NCBI GenBank assembly: GCA_963758635.1
Contig: CAVWWD010000005.1
Coordinates: forward strand, 704,001 to 768,000
Source: an uncultured Candidatus Rokubacteria bacterium
Lineage (GTDB): Bacteria > Methylomirabilota > Methylomirabilia > Rokubacteriales > CSP1-6
Direction of reading: 5' to 3'
DNA: 64,000 nucleotides
Made by a program: the position numbers and the translations under genes. Shown in pieces: positions 53,368 to 64,000 of the stretch. Below the pieces are notes generated by a model. That model was not told the origin of the DNA. It was given only the letters and a program-made list of their open reading frames with translations, and ran no database searches. Position 1 is the stretch's first letter, and the number at the start of each line of letters is the position of its first letter.

Positions 53368-53652
53368 ATGGCCATACCGATGATCAAGTCGACGTACACG
53401 CTCGACGTGGCGACGATCCGGACGCTCGAGACCTTGGCTCGGCGCTGGAAGGTATCCAAGTCCGAGGCGTTGCGGCGGGCGATCCTGGCCGCCTCGGGCG
53501 AGGCTCCCGCCGCGGCCAGCGAGCCGCTCGCCGCGCTCGATCAGGTTCAGCGGGCGCTGCGGCTCACGCCGGCCCGGGCCGCGGCCTGGGGGCGGGGCGC
53601 GCGAGCGGAGCGCCGGGGCGCGTCGTCCCGTCGCCTCGCGCGGTCCCTGTGA
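53368..53652 (+). CDS. Ribbon-helix-helix antitoxin
   Basis: IKSTYTLD...LARRWKVSKSEALRRAI; overlaps PIN gene. Confidence 0.85.
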   Translation: MAIPMIKSTYTLDVATIRTLETLARRWKVSKSEALRRAILAASGEAPAAASEPLAALDQVQRALRLTPARAAAWGRGARAERRGASSRRLARSL

Positions 53653-54089
53653 TCCTCCTCGATACGAGCTTCCTCATCCGGGCTCTCGTCCACGGATCGC
53701 CGGAGGACCTTGCCGTGAGGCGCTGGCTCAGGGCGGGAGACTCCATCGGCATCAGCGCGATCGGCTGGGCCGAGTTCCTGTGCGGTCCCGTGGCCCCCGG
53801 AGACCTCGGCCTCGTCGCCCGGATCGTCGGTGAGCCGCTTCCGTTCGCGAGCGCCGACGCCGCTGTCACCGCGAGCCTCTTCAACGTCGCGGGGCGGCGG
53901 CGCCACTCGCTCGTCGATTGCATGATCGCGGCGGTGGCGCTCCGGGCGGAGGCGCCCCTCGCCACCTCCAATCCCGCGGACTTCCGGCGCTTCGAGCCGG
54001 CGGGGCTCCGGCTCGCGGGATGGCCGGCGGCTACTCGCCCTTCAGACGCGGATCCAGGAGATCGCGGAGGGCGTCGCCCACGAGGTTGA
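53649..54089 (+). CDS. PIN-domain VapC-type toxin
   Basis: ILLDTSFLI, WAEF, DCMIAA, TSNPADF. Confidence 0.88.
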   Translation: MILLDTSFLIRALVHGSPEDLAVRRWLRAGDSIGISAIGWAEFLCGPVAPGDLGLVARIVGEPLPFASADAAVTASLFNVAGRRRHSLVDCMIAAVALRAEAPLATSNPADFRRFEPAGLRLAGWPAATRPSDADPGDRGGRRPRG

Positions 54090-54933
54090 AGGCGAGGACG
54101 GTCACCATGATGGCGAGGCCCGAGAAGGTCGTGATCCAGGGGCAGCACTTGATGTACTGCCGCCCCTCGCTCAGGATGTTCCCCCAGCTCGCGGTCGGCG
54201 GCGGGATGCCGAGGCCGAGGAACGACAGGCTCGCCTCCGTCCGGATCGCCGTGGCGATGTAGAGGGTGGCCACCACGACCAGCGCGTAGAGCGTGTTGGG
54301 GAACACGTGGTGGGCCATCAGCCGGAGCTGGCCGCTGCCCAGCGCGCGCGCGGCCACGATGTAGTCCTGCTCGCGGATGGTCAGCGCGAGGCTCCGCGCC
54401 AGCCGCACGAAGTTCGGCGTGAGGGCCACGCCGATGGCCATGATCTCGTTGATCAGCGACCCGCCGAGCGCGGTCACGATGATCAGGGCCAGCAGCAGCG
54501 TGGGGAAGGCCATCAGCATGTCCGCGGCCCGCATGATCGTGGTCTCGACGCGGCCCCCCCGGAACCCGGCGACAATGCCCAGCGGCACGCCGATCGCGAA
54601 GGCGAAGACCACCGAGGCCAGGCCCACCTCGAGCGAGACGCGGGCGCCCCAGATGATCCGGCTCAGGATGTCCCGGCCGAACTCGTCGGTGCCCAGCCAG
54701 TGCCGGTCGGCCGCGCCGGGCCCCTTCAGCACGGCGTCCGCGTACTGGGCCGACGGGCTCAGGGGCGCGAGGAGCGGCGCGGCGGCGGCCATCACGACCA
54801 TCGCCACCGCGAGAGCGATGCCGATGCCGATCGGAATCATCCGGCGCATCCGGCCGCGCTGCTGGTCGCGAGCCTCGTGGTCGACGGTGGTCAGGGTGAG
54901 GTCGGCGGACCCCGCGCGGCGAACGATGGCCAT
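54031..54933 (-). CDS. Peptide/nickel ABC permease (DppC-like)
   Basis: HWLGTDEFGRDILSRIIWGAR, EASLSFLGLG. Confidence 0.92.
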   Translation of the reverse strand: MAIVRRAGSADLTLTTVDHEARDQQRGRMRRMIPIGIGIALAVAMVVMAAAAPLLAPLSPSAQYADAVLKGPGAADRHWLGTDEFGRDILSRIIWGARVSLEVGLASVVFAFAIGVPLGIVAGFRGGRVETTIMRAADMLMAFPTLLLALIIVTALGGSLINEIMAIGVALTPNFVRLARSLALTIREQDYIVAARALGSGQLRLMAHHVFPNTLYALVVVATLYIATAIRTEASLSFLGLGIPPPTASWGNILSEGRQYIKCCPWITTFSGLAIMVTVLAFNLVGDALRDLLDPRLKGE

Positions 54934-54953
54934 CGATGGCTCCCCTGTTCCGC

Positions 54954-55960
<1,007 letters not shown>

Positions 55961-55967
55961 CGCGCGC

Positions 55968-57567
55968 TCAGTTCACGATCTTGAGCATCTCCGGGTAGTT
56001 GTAGCTGTAGTGCAAGGAGAACTCCCCGTACTCGGGATCGAACGGGGTGGTGACGCGCTTCTGGTTGCGCGCCCACTGGTTCGGCACGTCGCTGATGGGC
56101 AGGCAGATCAAATCCTTCTCGATGCGCTTCTGCGCCTCCGCGTAGATCGACGCCCGCTTCTTCACGTCGCGCTCCACGCGGCCGGCGGCGAGGAGGTCGT
56201 CGACGCCCTTGTAGTGCGCGAAGTTCGTGCCCTTGTTGCCGGTGGCGGGGTTGGGGATCTCGCTTCCGTCGAAGAAGAGCGACATCCAGGGATCCGCGTC
56301 GGTGAGGCGCGTGCCCCCGTAGAGCACGAACGGGTTCAGGTTCTTGCGGATGTTGTCGTGGTAGGTGGCGTGCTCGACGATCTGCAGCTCGAGGTTGATC
56401 CCGACCTTCTTGAGCTGCTCCTGGGTGAGGGTGAGCACCTTGGGGTAGAAGAACGACTTGCTGATGAAGTACGGCTTGATGGTGAGGCCGTTCGGATGCC
56501 CGGCCTCGGCCATGAGCTTCTTGGCCAGCTCGGGGTTGTACTCCGGGAACTGCATGGGGACGTGACCGAAGTAGCCCGGGGGCACGCAGCTCACGGCGAG
56601 GCGCGCGAGGCCGCCCGGATACATCGTCTCCTTGATCGCCTTCCGGTCGATGGCGTGCATGAACGCCTTGCGCATGCGGATGTCGTCGAAGGGCGGCTTG
56701 GTCATGTTGATGTAGAAGCGCTCCTGCCCGCCGGGGCCGCGCCGGTCGATGACCGCCCCCATCTTCTTGACCTGGTCGGCGAAGTCGGCGGTGACCGCCT
56801 CGGGGTAGAGCAGGTCGAAGGTCCCCTTCTCGAGCCCGATGAGCTTGGTCGAGTCCTCGGGCACGTCGAACCAGTGGACCTCGTCGATCTGCGGCCGGCC
56901 GCCGCGGAACTTGTCGAAGGCCTTCATGACCACCTTCTCCCGCGGGGAGTGGCGCTCGAACTCGAAGGGGCCGGTGCCCACCGGGTTCCACTTGTACTGC
57001 TCGCCGAACTTCTCGACCGCCTTCTTCGACACGATGTAGCCGGCCTGGTACCCGACCACGCGCAGCAGGAAGATCGGGTCGAAGGCCTTGAGCGCGAACT
57101 GCACGGTGTAGGGGTCGACGACCTCGACGGACTTGATCGTCTCGATAACCTCGGCGAACCGCGTCCCCGGCGTCCGCTTGATCTGCCGGTCGAAGCTGAA
57201 CTTCACGTCCTCGGCCGTCAGCTCGCCGAACCCCTTGTGGAACTGGATGCCCTTGCGGATCTTGAAAGTCCAGATCGTGCCCTCGGCCGAGGTCGTCCAG
57301 CTCTCGGCGATGTCCGGCTCCACCTCGGACGTGATGACCTTGCCGTCCTTGATGGCGAACCTGCGTGAGGCCCCGGTACATGAACCGCTTGATGGCCTGG
57401 GTCTGGCCGAGGATGCTCATGTGGGGATCGAGGGTGTCCGGCTCCTTGGCCGCGATGTTCAGGACCTTCTTCTTCTGCGCCTCCGCGGGGGGCGGGCCGA
57501 AGAGCGCGAGGCCAAGCAGTGCGGACAGCAGGACGGCGACACACCGGAGCCAGGTCGATCGGGACAT
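55968..57567 (-). CDS. ABC substrate-binding protein family 5 (DppA-like; frameshift ~57362)
   Basis: PDTLDP, IAESW, LTAEDVKFSF, PVGTGPF. Confidence 0.9.
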
Positions 57568-57806
57568 GGACGCCTCCTCGTTCGATGGGCGGAGCGGGAT
57601 CGAGCGGGACGAGAGTCCCGAGCGCGCGCGACGGCGAAGCGACAGCGGCTCTGCTGAGCGCGATTCGAGCACCGGCACCTCGGTCGAATCGGATCAGGAC
57701 GGGTCGGGGTGGACGGCGCGTGGTCATCGGCGACGACCCGTTACCGTCTCCGGCCCCGAATTGGCCGATACCTTATACGAGTCCCGGGGTGCCTGCAAGC
57801 CGTGGC

Positions 57807-57990
57807 TTTGCGAGCCGAGCCGAAGGCGAGGCGAGCGCATAGGGAAATGCAGTAGAAACAACCCCCAGGGGGGAGCCCCGATCGAGACGGCGCGGGTCCC
57901 CTGGGAAATGCGGTGGAAACCACCCCCAGGGGCAGGCCCGCCCGAGTCGACGCCCGTCCCAGATAGCGAAATGCCACGGCGACCACCCCC
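57807..57990. repeat. Second copy of the dispersed repeat family, with about 61-63 nt periodic units
   Basis: TTTGCGAGCCGAGCCGAAGGCGAGGCGAGC, then GGGAAATGC(A/G)GT(A/G)GAAAC(A/C)ACCCCCAGGGG at 57842 and 57903, degenerate copy at 57966. Confidence 0.85.
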
Positions 57991-58045
57991 GCGCTCCAGA
58001 CTGGCACCGTGCCGCCAACCCACCCCACACACAAGGAGCGCACCC

Positions 58046-59113
58046 ATGGTGAAGCCCTACACCGCCGTCGGCCTCATCCCCACCGTCCGCGGCATCCGCA
58101 GGCGGAAGGACATCCAGGTCAACCTGGACCACCTGACCCACCTCGTGAAGGCCGCGTCCTGGCTGTCGAGCCTGGACCTGCCCGTGCGGCTCATCGCCTT
58201 CCCGGAGGGGGCCCTCCAGGCCTTCAACGACGAGGTGCTGGACCTGGACCACGCCACCTTCGCCCGCGAGTGCGCCATCGACATCCCCGGCGAGGAGACG
58301 GACGCCCTCGGCAAGATCGCCCGCGAGTACGGGGCCTTCGTCGTGGCCCAGGCCAAGGCGCGGCATCCCGACTGGAAGGACCGCTTCTTCAACGTGGGCT
58401 TCATCATCAACCCCCGGGGCAAGGTGATCCTCCAGCACTACAAGGTCTCGCCCCTCTTCCCCGTCGAGCACTCGGTGTGCCCCCACGACGTCTACGACTG
58501 GTGGGTGGAGAAGTACGGCCGCACCCTGCAGGCCTTCTGGCCGGTGGTGGACACGGAGATCGGGCGCCTCGGCATCATGATGGCCAACGAGGGCTCGTAC
58601 CCGGAGAACGCGCGCGCCCTCGCGCTCAACGGCGCCGAGGTCGTCTATCGCGCCTCCTACCCGCACCCTGCCACCGGCAACGAGATCTTCGAGATCCAGA
58701 GCCGCGCCCGCGCGCTCGACAACAACATGTACGTGGTCGCCCCCAACATGGGCACGTATTACCTGTTCCCCGAGGAGACGACGCCCATCGACACCTTCGG
58801 CGGGCGATCGTTCGTCATCGACTACAAGGGCCGCATCGTCGGCCGCCAGGACTACGGCGCGGGCTCGACCTACGTGGGCGGCGTGATCGACATCGAGGCC
58901 CTGCGCGACCACCGGGCCCGCGCGCAGTGGGACAACTGGATGAAGGACCTGCGCACCGAGCTCTACCAGATCCTCTACGAGAAGCCGATCTACCCGAAGA
59001 ACCTCTACCTCAAGCGCGCGCCGATGACGCACGCGGAGTACCGCGAGAAGGTGATCAAGCGGCAGGTGCGCCTCATGCACGACCGCGGCATCTGGAAGAA
59101 GCCCGAGCGCTGA
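58046..59113 (+). CDS. Nitrilase/carbon-nitrogen hydrolase fold protein (nucleophile position Ala)
   Basis: IAFPEGAL (Glu), HYKV (Lys), LGIMMANEGSYPE (Ala in place of Cys). Confidence 0.85.
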   Translation: MVKPYTAVGLIPTVRGIRRRKDIQVNLDHLTHLVKAASWLSSLDLPVRLIAFPEGALQAFNDEVLDLDHATFARECAIDIPGEETDALGKIAREYGAFVVAQAKARHPDWKDRFFNVGFIINPRGKVILQHYKVSPLFPVEHSVCPHDVYDWWVEKYGRTLQAFWPVVDTEIGRLGIMMANEGSYPENARALALNGAEVVYRASYPHPATGNEIFEIQSRARALDNNMYVVAPNMGTYYLFPEETTPIDTFGGRSFVIDYKGRIVGRQDYGAGSTYVGGVIDIEALRDHRARAQWDNWMKDLRTELYQILYEKPIYPKNLYLKRAPMTHAEYREKVIKRQVRLMHDRGIWKKPER

Positions 59114-59167
59114 CGCGGCCGCTCGCGGCGCCGTCCACGCCGGGGTTGACAGGCCGGACGCTCCGGA

Positions 59168-59201
59168 TGCATATTAATGCCTAGACATGAATAAACATCC
59201 A
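59168..59201 (+). promoter_or_regulatory. Tandem ARG boxes over argR promoter and start
   Basis: TGCATATTAATGCC (59168) and TGAATAAACATCCA (59188), 20 nt apart; TTGACA at 59146. Confidence 0.8.
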
Positions 59202-59676
59202 TCACGTCGTCGCGAGGAGATCCTGCGGCTGGTGCGCGGGGGGACGGTGCGGTCGCAGGTGGACCTCCGGCGGCGGCTCTCGCGGCGCGGCTTCGCGGTG
59301 ACGCAGCCCACGCTGTCCCGGGACCTGCGGGATCTGGGGCTGGCGCGCACCCCCACGGGCTACGCCGCGCCCTCCGAGCCCTCGCGCTTCGTGCCGGGGG
59401 CCCGCCGCCGGGAGGCCCTCGACCGGACGCTCGCCCGCATGGTGCTCGAGGTGCGGCGGGCCGGCGCGCTCCTCGTGCTGCGCACGCCGCCCGCGGGCGC
59501 GCAGCCCGTGGCGCGCGTCCTCGACGAGTCGGGGCTGGCCCAGGTGCGTGGGCACCCTCGCCGGCGACGACACGGTGTTCGTCGCCACGCCCGGCGCGGC
59601 CGCGGCCCGGCGACTGGCCCGCCGGCTCGGGGCGCCGCTGGCCCGCGGCCGGGCGGCCCGGCGCGCCCGCGCCTGA
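59187..59676 (+). CDS. argR: Arginine repressor (frameshift ~59547)
   Basis: [25 protein letters not shown] in the shifted frame. Confidence 0.9.
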
Positions 59677-59700
59677 TCCCGGAACAAGGAGGCTTGGGTC

Positions 59701-60168
59701 ATGGAGCACGCAGGGGACATCGTCGTCACCACGGACGCCGCCCGCATGGATCTGGACGTGATCCACGGGTTCCTCACCCGCTCGTACTGGGCGGCGGGGA
59801 TCCCGCGCGCCGTGGTCGCGCGCGCGGTGGCGAACTCGCTCTGCTTCGGCGCGTTCGACGGCGACCGCCAGGTCGGCCTCGCGCGCGTGATCTCGGACTT
59901 CGCCACCTACGCCTACATCAGCGACGTCTTCGTGCTGCCGTCGCATCGCGGGCGGGGCGTCGGCCGGCGGATCATGGCCGCGGTCATGGCCCATCCCGAC
60001 CTCCAGGGGTTCCGCCGCTGGAGCCTGGCCACCCGCGACGCTCACGACCTCTATCGCCAGTTCGGCTTCGGGCCGCCCAGGAACCCGGACCGGCAGATGG
60101 AGATCCTCGACCACCCCTACCCGCAGCCTGCCGCCGTGAGCGCGGGCGCGATCGGAGAGCCGCGATGA
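59701..60168 (+). CDS. GNAT family N-acetyltransferase
   Basis: [21 protein letters not shown]. Confidence 0.9.
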   Translation: MEHAGDIVVTTDAARMDLDVIHGFLTRSYWAAGIPRAVVARAVANSLCFGAFDGDRQVGLARVISDFATYAYISDVFVLPSHRGRGVGRRIMAAVMAHPDLQGFRRWSLATRDAHDLYRQFGFGPPRNPDRQMEILDHPYPQPAAVSAGAIGEPR

Positions 60169-61373
60169 CGACCGAGACGCGCTGCGCGCCCCAGGCGAGC
60201 TACGACCTGTCCCGGGTCATGCCCATCACCGAGCGGCCGCCCGTGGTGATGGTGCGCGGCGAGGGCTCGTGGCTCTGGGACCGCGACGGGCGCCGCTACC
60301 TCGACTTCGTCCAGGGCTGGGCGGTGAACTGCCTCGGGCACTCGCCCCGCGTCGTGGTGGACGCGCTCCGCGCGCAGGGCGCGGAGCTCATCAACTGCAG
60401 CCCCGCGTACCACAACGAGCCGATGGCGCGGCTGGCCACCCTCCTCACGCGGCGGAGCGGTCTCGGCCACGTCTTCCTCGCCAACAGCGGCGCCGAGGCC
60501 AACGAGGGGGCGATCAAGCTCGCGCGCAAGTGGGGGGCCCTGCATCGCGGCGGCGCCGCCGAGATCATCACCACCCACGGCGGGTTCCACGGGCGCACGC
60601 TCGCCACGATGTCCGCCTCGGGCAAGCCCGCGTGGGAGGGTCTCTTCGAGCCGAAGGTGTCGGGCTTCCGGAAGGTGCCGCTCAACGACCTCGGCGCGGT
60701 GACGGCGGCCATCGGCCCGGCCACGGTCGCCGTGATGGTCGAGCCCATCCAGGGCGAGGCCGGCGTCATCCCGGCCCGCGACGAGTGGCTCTCCGCCGTG
60801 CGCGCGCTCACCCGCGAGCGCGGCGTCCTCCTCATCGCCGACGAGATCCAGACCGGCATCGGCCGCACGGGCCGGATGTTCGGCTGCGAGCACGCGGGGG
60901 TCGTCCCCGACATCATGACGCTCGGCAAGGGGCTGGGCGGCGGCGTTCCTCTTGCCGCGCTCGTGGCGAGCGAGGCGGTGAGCTGCTTTCAGCCCGGCGA
61001 CCAGGGCGGCACGTTCAACGGCAACCCGCTGATGGCCGCGGTGGGCTGCGCGGTCGTGGAGACGGTGGGCGCGCCGGAGTTCCTCGCGCGTGTCACCGAG
61101 ACCGGGGCCTACCTGGCCGAGCGCCTCCGCGACGCTCTCCGCCGCGCGCGGGCACGGCGAGGTGCGCGGCCGCGGCCTCCTCCTCGCCCTGGAGCTGGCG
61201 GGCGGCCGAACGCGCCGGCGATCGTGCGCGCGGCGCTCGAGCACGGGCTCCTGATCAACGCGCCGCGCCCGACCACCCTCCGGTTCATGCCCGCCCTGAA
61301 CGTCTCGACCGGCGAGATGGACCGGATGATCGATCTCCTCGAGGTCAGCATGGACGCGGCCGGCCGCGCCTGA
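60165..61373 (+). CDS. argD: Acetylornithine aminotransferase (compensated indels ~61140-61205)
   Basis: [36 protein letters not shown]. Confidence 0.92.
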   Translation: MTTETRCAPQASYDLSRVMPITERPPVVMVRGEGSWLWDRDGRRYLDFVQGWAVNCLGHSPRVVVDALRAQGAELINCSPAYHNEPMARLATLLTRRSGLGHVFLANSGAEANEGAIKLARKWGALHRGGAAEIITTHGGFHGRTLATMSASGKPAWEGLFEPKVSGFRKVPLNDLGAVTAAIGPATVAVMVEPIQGEAGVIPARDEWLSAVRALTRERGVLLIADEIQTGIGRTGRMFGCEHAGVVPDIMTLGKGLGGGVPLAALVASEAVSCFQPGDQGGTFNGNPLMAAVGCAVVETVGAPEFLARVTETGAYLAERLRDALRRARARRGARPRPPPRPGAGGRPNAPAIVRAALEHGLLINAPRPTTLRFMPALNVSTGEMDRMIDLLEVSMDAAGRA

Positions 61374-61468
61374 CGCCGGCCGTTTCTTTCCCGGCGGCAC
61401 GATGGCCGCCGGCCCCCGCGGAGCGGCCCGATCGTGACCGAGGATTCGATCCGCATACATTCGAAGAC

Positions 61469-61756
61469 ATGCGGAATGCGATCGTGACGATCCGAATGAC
61501 CGGGACCGTCCGTCAACGCCTCGCATCCCTCGCTCGCCGCGAAAATCGGTCGCTGTCGGGACAGGCCGAGCATCTCATCCGGGAGGGGCTCCGGGGCCGC
61601 CGGCCCGCCGGAGCCGCCCGGCGCCGTCCTCGCTCCCTGTCCGGCCTGCTCCGTGGCGGGGCGGTCCCGACGCTCGACGACTTCAGGGACGCGCGGGGCT
61701 CGCTCTCGGCCTCGCTGCTGCGTCGCACGCGCACGGGTGGCGAACCTCGTCGCTGA
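61469..61756 (+). CDS. Arc/RHH-type antitoxin
   Basis: IVTIRM...LARRENRSLSGQAEHLIREGL; overlaps PIN gene. Confidence 0.8.
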   Translation: MRNAIVTIRMTGTVRQRLASLARRENRSLSGQAEHLIREGLRGRRPAGAARRRPRSLSGLLRGGAVPTLDDFRDARGSLSASLLRRTRTGGEPRR

Positions 61757-62129
61757 CACGCACGCGCTCGTCTGGCACCTCGTAGCGCCCCAGCGCCTCG
61801 GGAAAGCGGCCCGCCGCGCCTTCGCCGCCGCGGACGCGGGGCGATCGACGTGCTTCGTGCCGGCGATCGCGCTCGTCGAGATCTGGCTGCTTCACGAGCG
61901 CGGCCGGCTCCGCATCGGCGTGGCGCAGGTCCTCGAGGCCCTGGCCGGGCACCCGTCCTACCGTGTGCTCGCGTTCGACGTGGATCAGGGGATCGAGTTC
62001 GGAGCGCTGTCCGGCCTGCGGGACCCCATGGATCGGATGATCGTGGCCGCGGCTCGGGTGACCGGGAGCCGCCTCGTGACCGCCGACACCGCTCTTGCCG
62101 AGTCGGGCGTCGAGACCGTCTGGGCCTGA
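61737..62129 (+). CDS. PIN-domain VapC-type toxin
   Basis: VADTHALVW, LVEI, RDPMDRMIVAAA, VTAD. Confidence 0.88.
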   Translation: MANLVADTHALVWHLVAPQRLGKAARRAFAAADAGRSTCFVPAIALVEIWLLHERGRLRIGVAQVLEALAGHPSYRVLAFDVDQGIEFGALSGLRDPMDRMIVAAARVTGSRLVTADTALAESGVETVWA

Positions 62130-62595
62130 GGCCCGGGCGTCACGCCTCCGGCGCGGCGAGCCGGAGCCGGGCAGCGCGGTAGGTGCCCGCCTCGGACGTG
62201 AGGAAGCTGGCCTCGACGGTCTCGAGGCGAGCGAGGAAGACCTGGATCAGACCGTCCCGATCGCCTGGCACCTTGCCGCGCAGCGAGTCCTTAGTGTTCG
62301 AACCGGCCGGGCACGAAGTCCCGCGCCTCCACCGCGGGTGGGCCCGCCCGTCGCGCACGAACACCGCGGCGATGGACGCGACATCGACGCGGCCTGGCCG
62401 CCCCCCGTCGTCGGCCGCCGCGGCGTGTATTTCGTTCGCGTGACCGGGTCGTTCCGACCAGTGCCGCCGACTGTCCGCTCGCAACGCGCGCCAAGTGTCC
62501 TCCTCGCCGAGCAACCGGCCGCCCTGCGCGAATGGCATCGCTTTCGCAGCCTACGGACGAGGAGCACGACGAATCCATTCCGAGGAGGCAGGATC

Positions 62596-63070
62596 ATGTC
62601 CGGACACGTGAAGCCGATTCCCGACGGCTACGGCGCGGTCACTCCGTCCCTGGTCGTCACGGACGCTCGCAAGGCGATGGAGTTCTACAAGAAGGCGTTC
62701 GGTGCCACCGAGACCTACCGGCTGGATGCGCCCGACGGCGGGATCATGCACGCCGAGGTCCGGGCCTGGGGCACCCCGATCATGCTGAGCGAGGAGAATC
62801 CGAAGACGGGCTGCCTGGCGCCGACCTCGCTGCCGGGCCGGCCCTCCGGCCTGTACATCTACGTCGACGACGTGGACGCCGCCTTCGACCGGGCGGTGAA
62901 GGCGGCGCGAAGGTCGAGCAGCCGGTCGCCGACATGTTCTGGGGCGACCGGTTCGGCACGGTCAGCGACCCCTCCGGCCACTTCTGGTCGCTGGCCACCC
63001 ACAAGCAGGACCTAGCCCCGAGGAGATCAAGCGCGGCGCGAAGGAGTTCTTCGCCACCCACAAGATGTAG
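62596..63070 (+). CDS. VOC/glyoxalase (PhnB-like) protein (frameshifts ~62905, ~63020)
   Basis: VKPIPDGY..VTPSL, FYKKAFGA, HAE, DMFWGDRFG..SDPSGH.W. Confidence 0.9.
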
Positions 63071-63277
63071 CCGGCCGGCGAGACGCCGCGCCGGGCGCCC
63101 AGCTCGGCTTCGGCGGGGCGGCCACGCAACGCTGGGCCGGATTTTCAGAGAGTCCTACGGTAGAGATCATCGCTAGCCCGAGCTGACTGCGTCGTCGAGC
63201 GAGAGGAACGGCACTTCAACGGGGCGAAGACACGGACGTCACGCTTTTCCGCGCCTGAGACCTTCCCGCGCCGCCGG

Positions 63278-64000
63278 TCAGCCGATCTCGTGGACGAAGA
63301 GGCCGGAGGCGAGCTTCGGCTCGAACCAGGTGCTCTTGGGCGGCATCACCTGCCCCGCGTCGGCCACGGCCATGAGCTCCGCGACGGTGGTGGGCCACAT
63401 CGAGACGGCGAGCGTCCACCTCCCGGAGTCGACGCGGTCCTCCAGCTCGCGGGTGCCGCGCCCGCCACCGACGAAGTCGATCCGCGGGTCCGTGCGCTGA
63501 TCCCCGATCCCGAGCACGGGCCCGAGCACGCGCTCCTGCAGGAGCGACACGTCGAGCGACCGGATGGGATCGCCGCGGTCGATCGACTCCTCGGGCAGCT
63601 CCAGGAGGTGCCACCTCCCGTCGACGTAGAAGCAGAAGGAGCCGGAGCGGGGCGGCTCCGGCGTGCCGGCGGCGGACAGCGTTCCGACGGCCCGGAGACG
63701 ATCGAGGAAGCCGGCCGCGCTCTGGCCCGCGAGATCGGCGACCACGCGGTTGTAGGCCAGGATCCGCACGTGGCTGGCCGGGAAGAGGACGGCCGGGAAC
63801 CACGCGGCTCCCGCGCCAGGCGCGGCCCCCGACCCCGAGCGCGCGCGCTCGCGGGCCGCCCGCCACGCGCTGGCCGAGCGGTGATGCCCGTCCGCCACGT
63901 AGGCCACCGGCAGCGCGCTGAACGCCTCCACGAACGCCTCCGGCGCGGCGACGTGCCACGCGCGGTGGCGCACGCCGTCCGGCGCGGTGAAGTCGTAGAG
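63278..64000 (-). CDS. DUF1015 family protein (5' end outside window)
   Basis: YVADGHHRSASA; MPPKSTWFEPKL. Confidence 0.88.
   Translation of the reverse strand, partial: LYDFTAPDGVRHRAWHVAAPEAFVEAFSALPVAYVADGHHRSASAWRAARERARSGSGAAPGAGAAWFPAVLFPASHVRILAYNRVVADLAGQSAAGFLDRLRAVGTLSAAGTPEPPRSGSFCFYVDGRWHLLELPEESIDRGDPIRSLDVSLLQERVLGPVLGIGDQRTDPRIDFVGGGRGTRELEDRVDSGRWTLAVSMWPTTVAELMAVADAGQVMPPKSTWFEPKLASGLFVHEIG

Noticed and set aside
58002..58016. TGGCAC as sigma54 promoter for the nitrilase-fold gene
   Set aside because: GG-to-GC spacing is 9 nt, not the required 10
59187..61373. Apparent ArgR-ArgD fusion
   Set aside because: The argR frameshift leads into an off-frame read-through across the GNAT gene; three separate genes
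62140..62538. Minus-strand ORF with partly coding-like codon bias
   Set aside because: No recognisable family, apparent shifts and a stop in the alternative frame; possibly a remnant but unsupported

Overview
Very GC-rich bacterial chromosomal window with about 58 genes. Gene content and style suggest a Rokubacteria/Methylomirabilota-like genome (inference only). About 20 genes carry single-base frameshifts, some compensated, which points to long-read consensus errors rather than mass pseudogenisation. Housekeeping and metabolic content: two CaiB/BaiF CoA-transferases, an LLM oxidoreductase, a class-II lyase, treY-glgX-treZ, SrkA-like kinase, FAD/Fe-S oxidase, three ABC systems, GGT, HelY-like helicase, TrpB2, an argR-GNAT-argD operon with tandem ARG boxes and two VapBC-type TA pairs. 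Highlights missed or split by the ORF track: (1) a UGA-recoded selenoprotein redoxin (WASW-U-GC) with a SECIS-like hairpin, coupled to a CoA-transferase; (2) a PEP-CTERM/exosortase-like module (PrsT-like TPR lipoprotein plus two paralogous surface proteins with a conserved sigma54/IHF/enhancer promoter layout) and Glu-less sorting tails on four proteins; (3) a halohydrin dehalogenase carrying both diagnostic motifs; (4) a 2-kb decayed islet bounded by 14-bp direct repeats; (5) a dispersed GGAAATGCAGTGGAAAC repeat family at two loci and a REP-like triple hairpin; (6) a nitrilase-fold protein with Cys->Ala at the nucleophile position; (7) a long-N-terminus CorA-like protein beside an internally deleted voltage-gated channel; (8) repeated leaderless promoter-to-ATG layouts. 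No rRNA, tRNA, cas genes or transposases were recognised.
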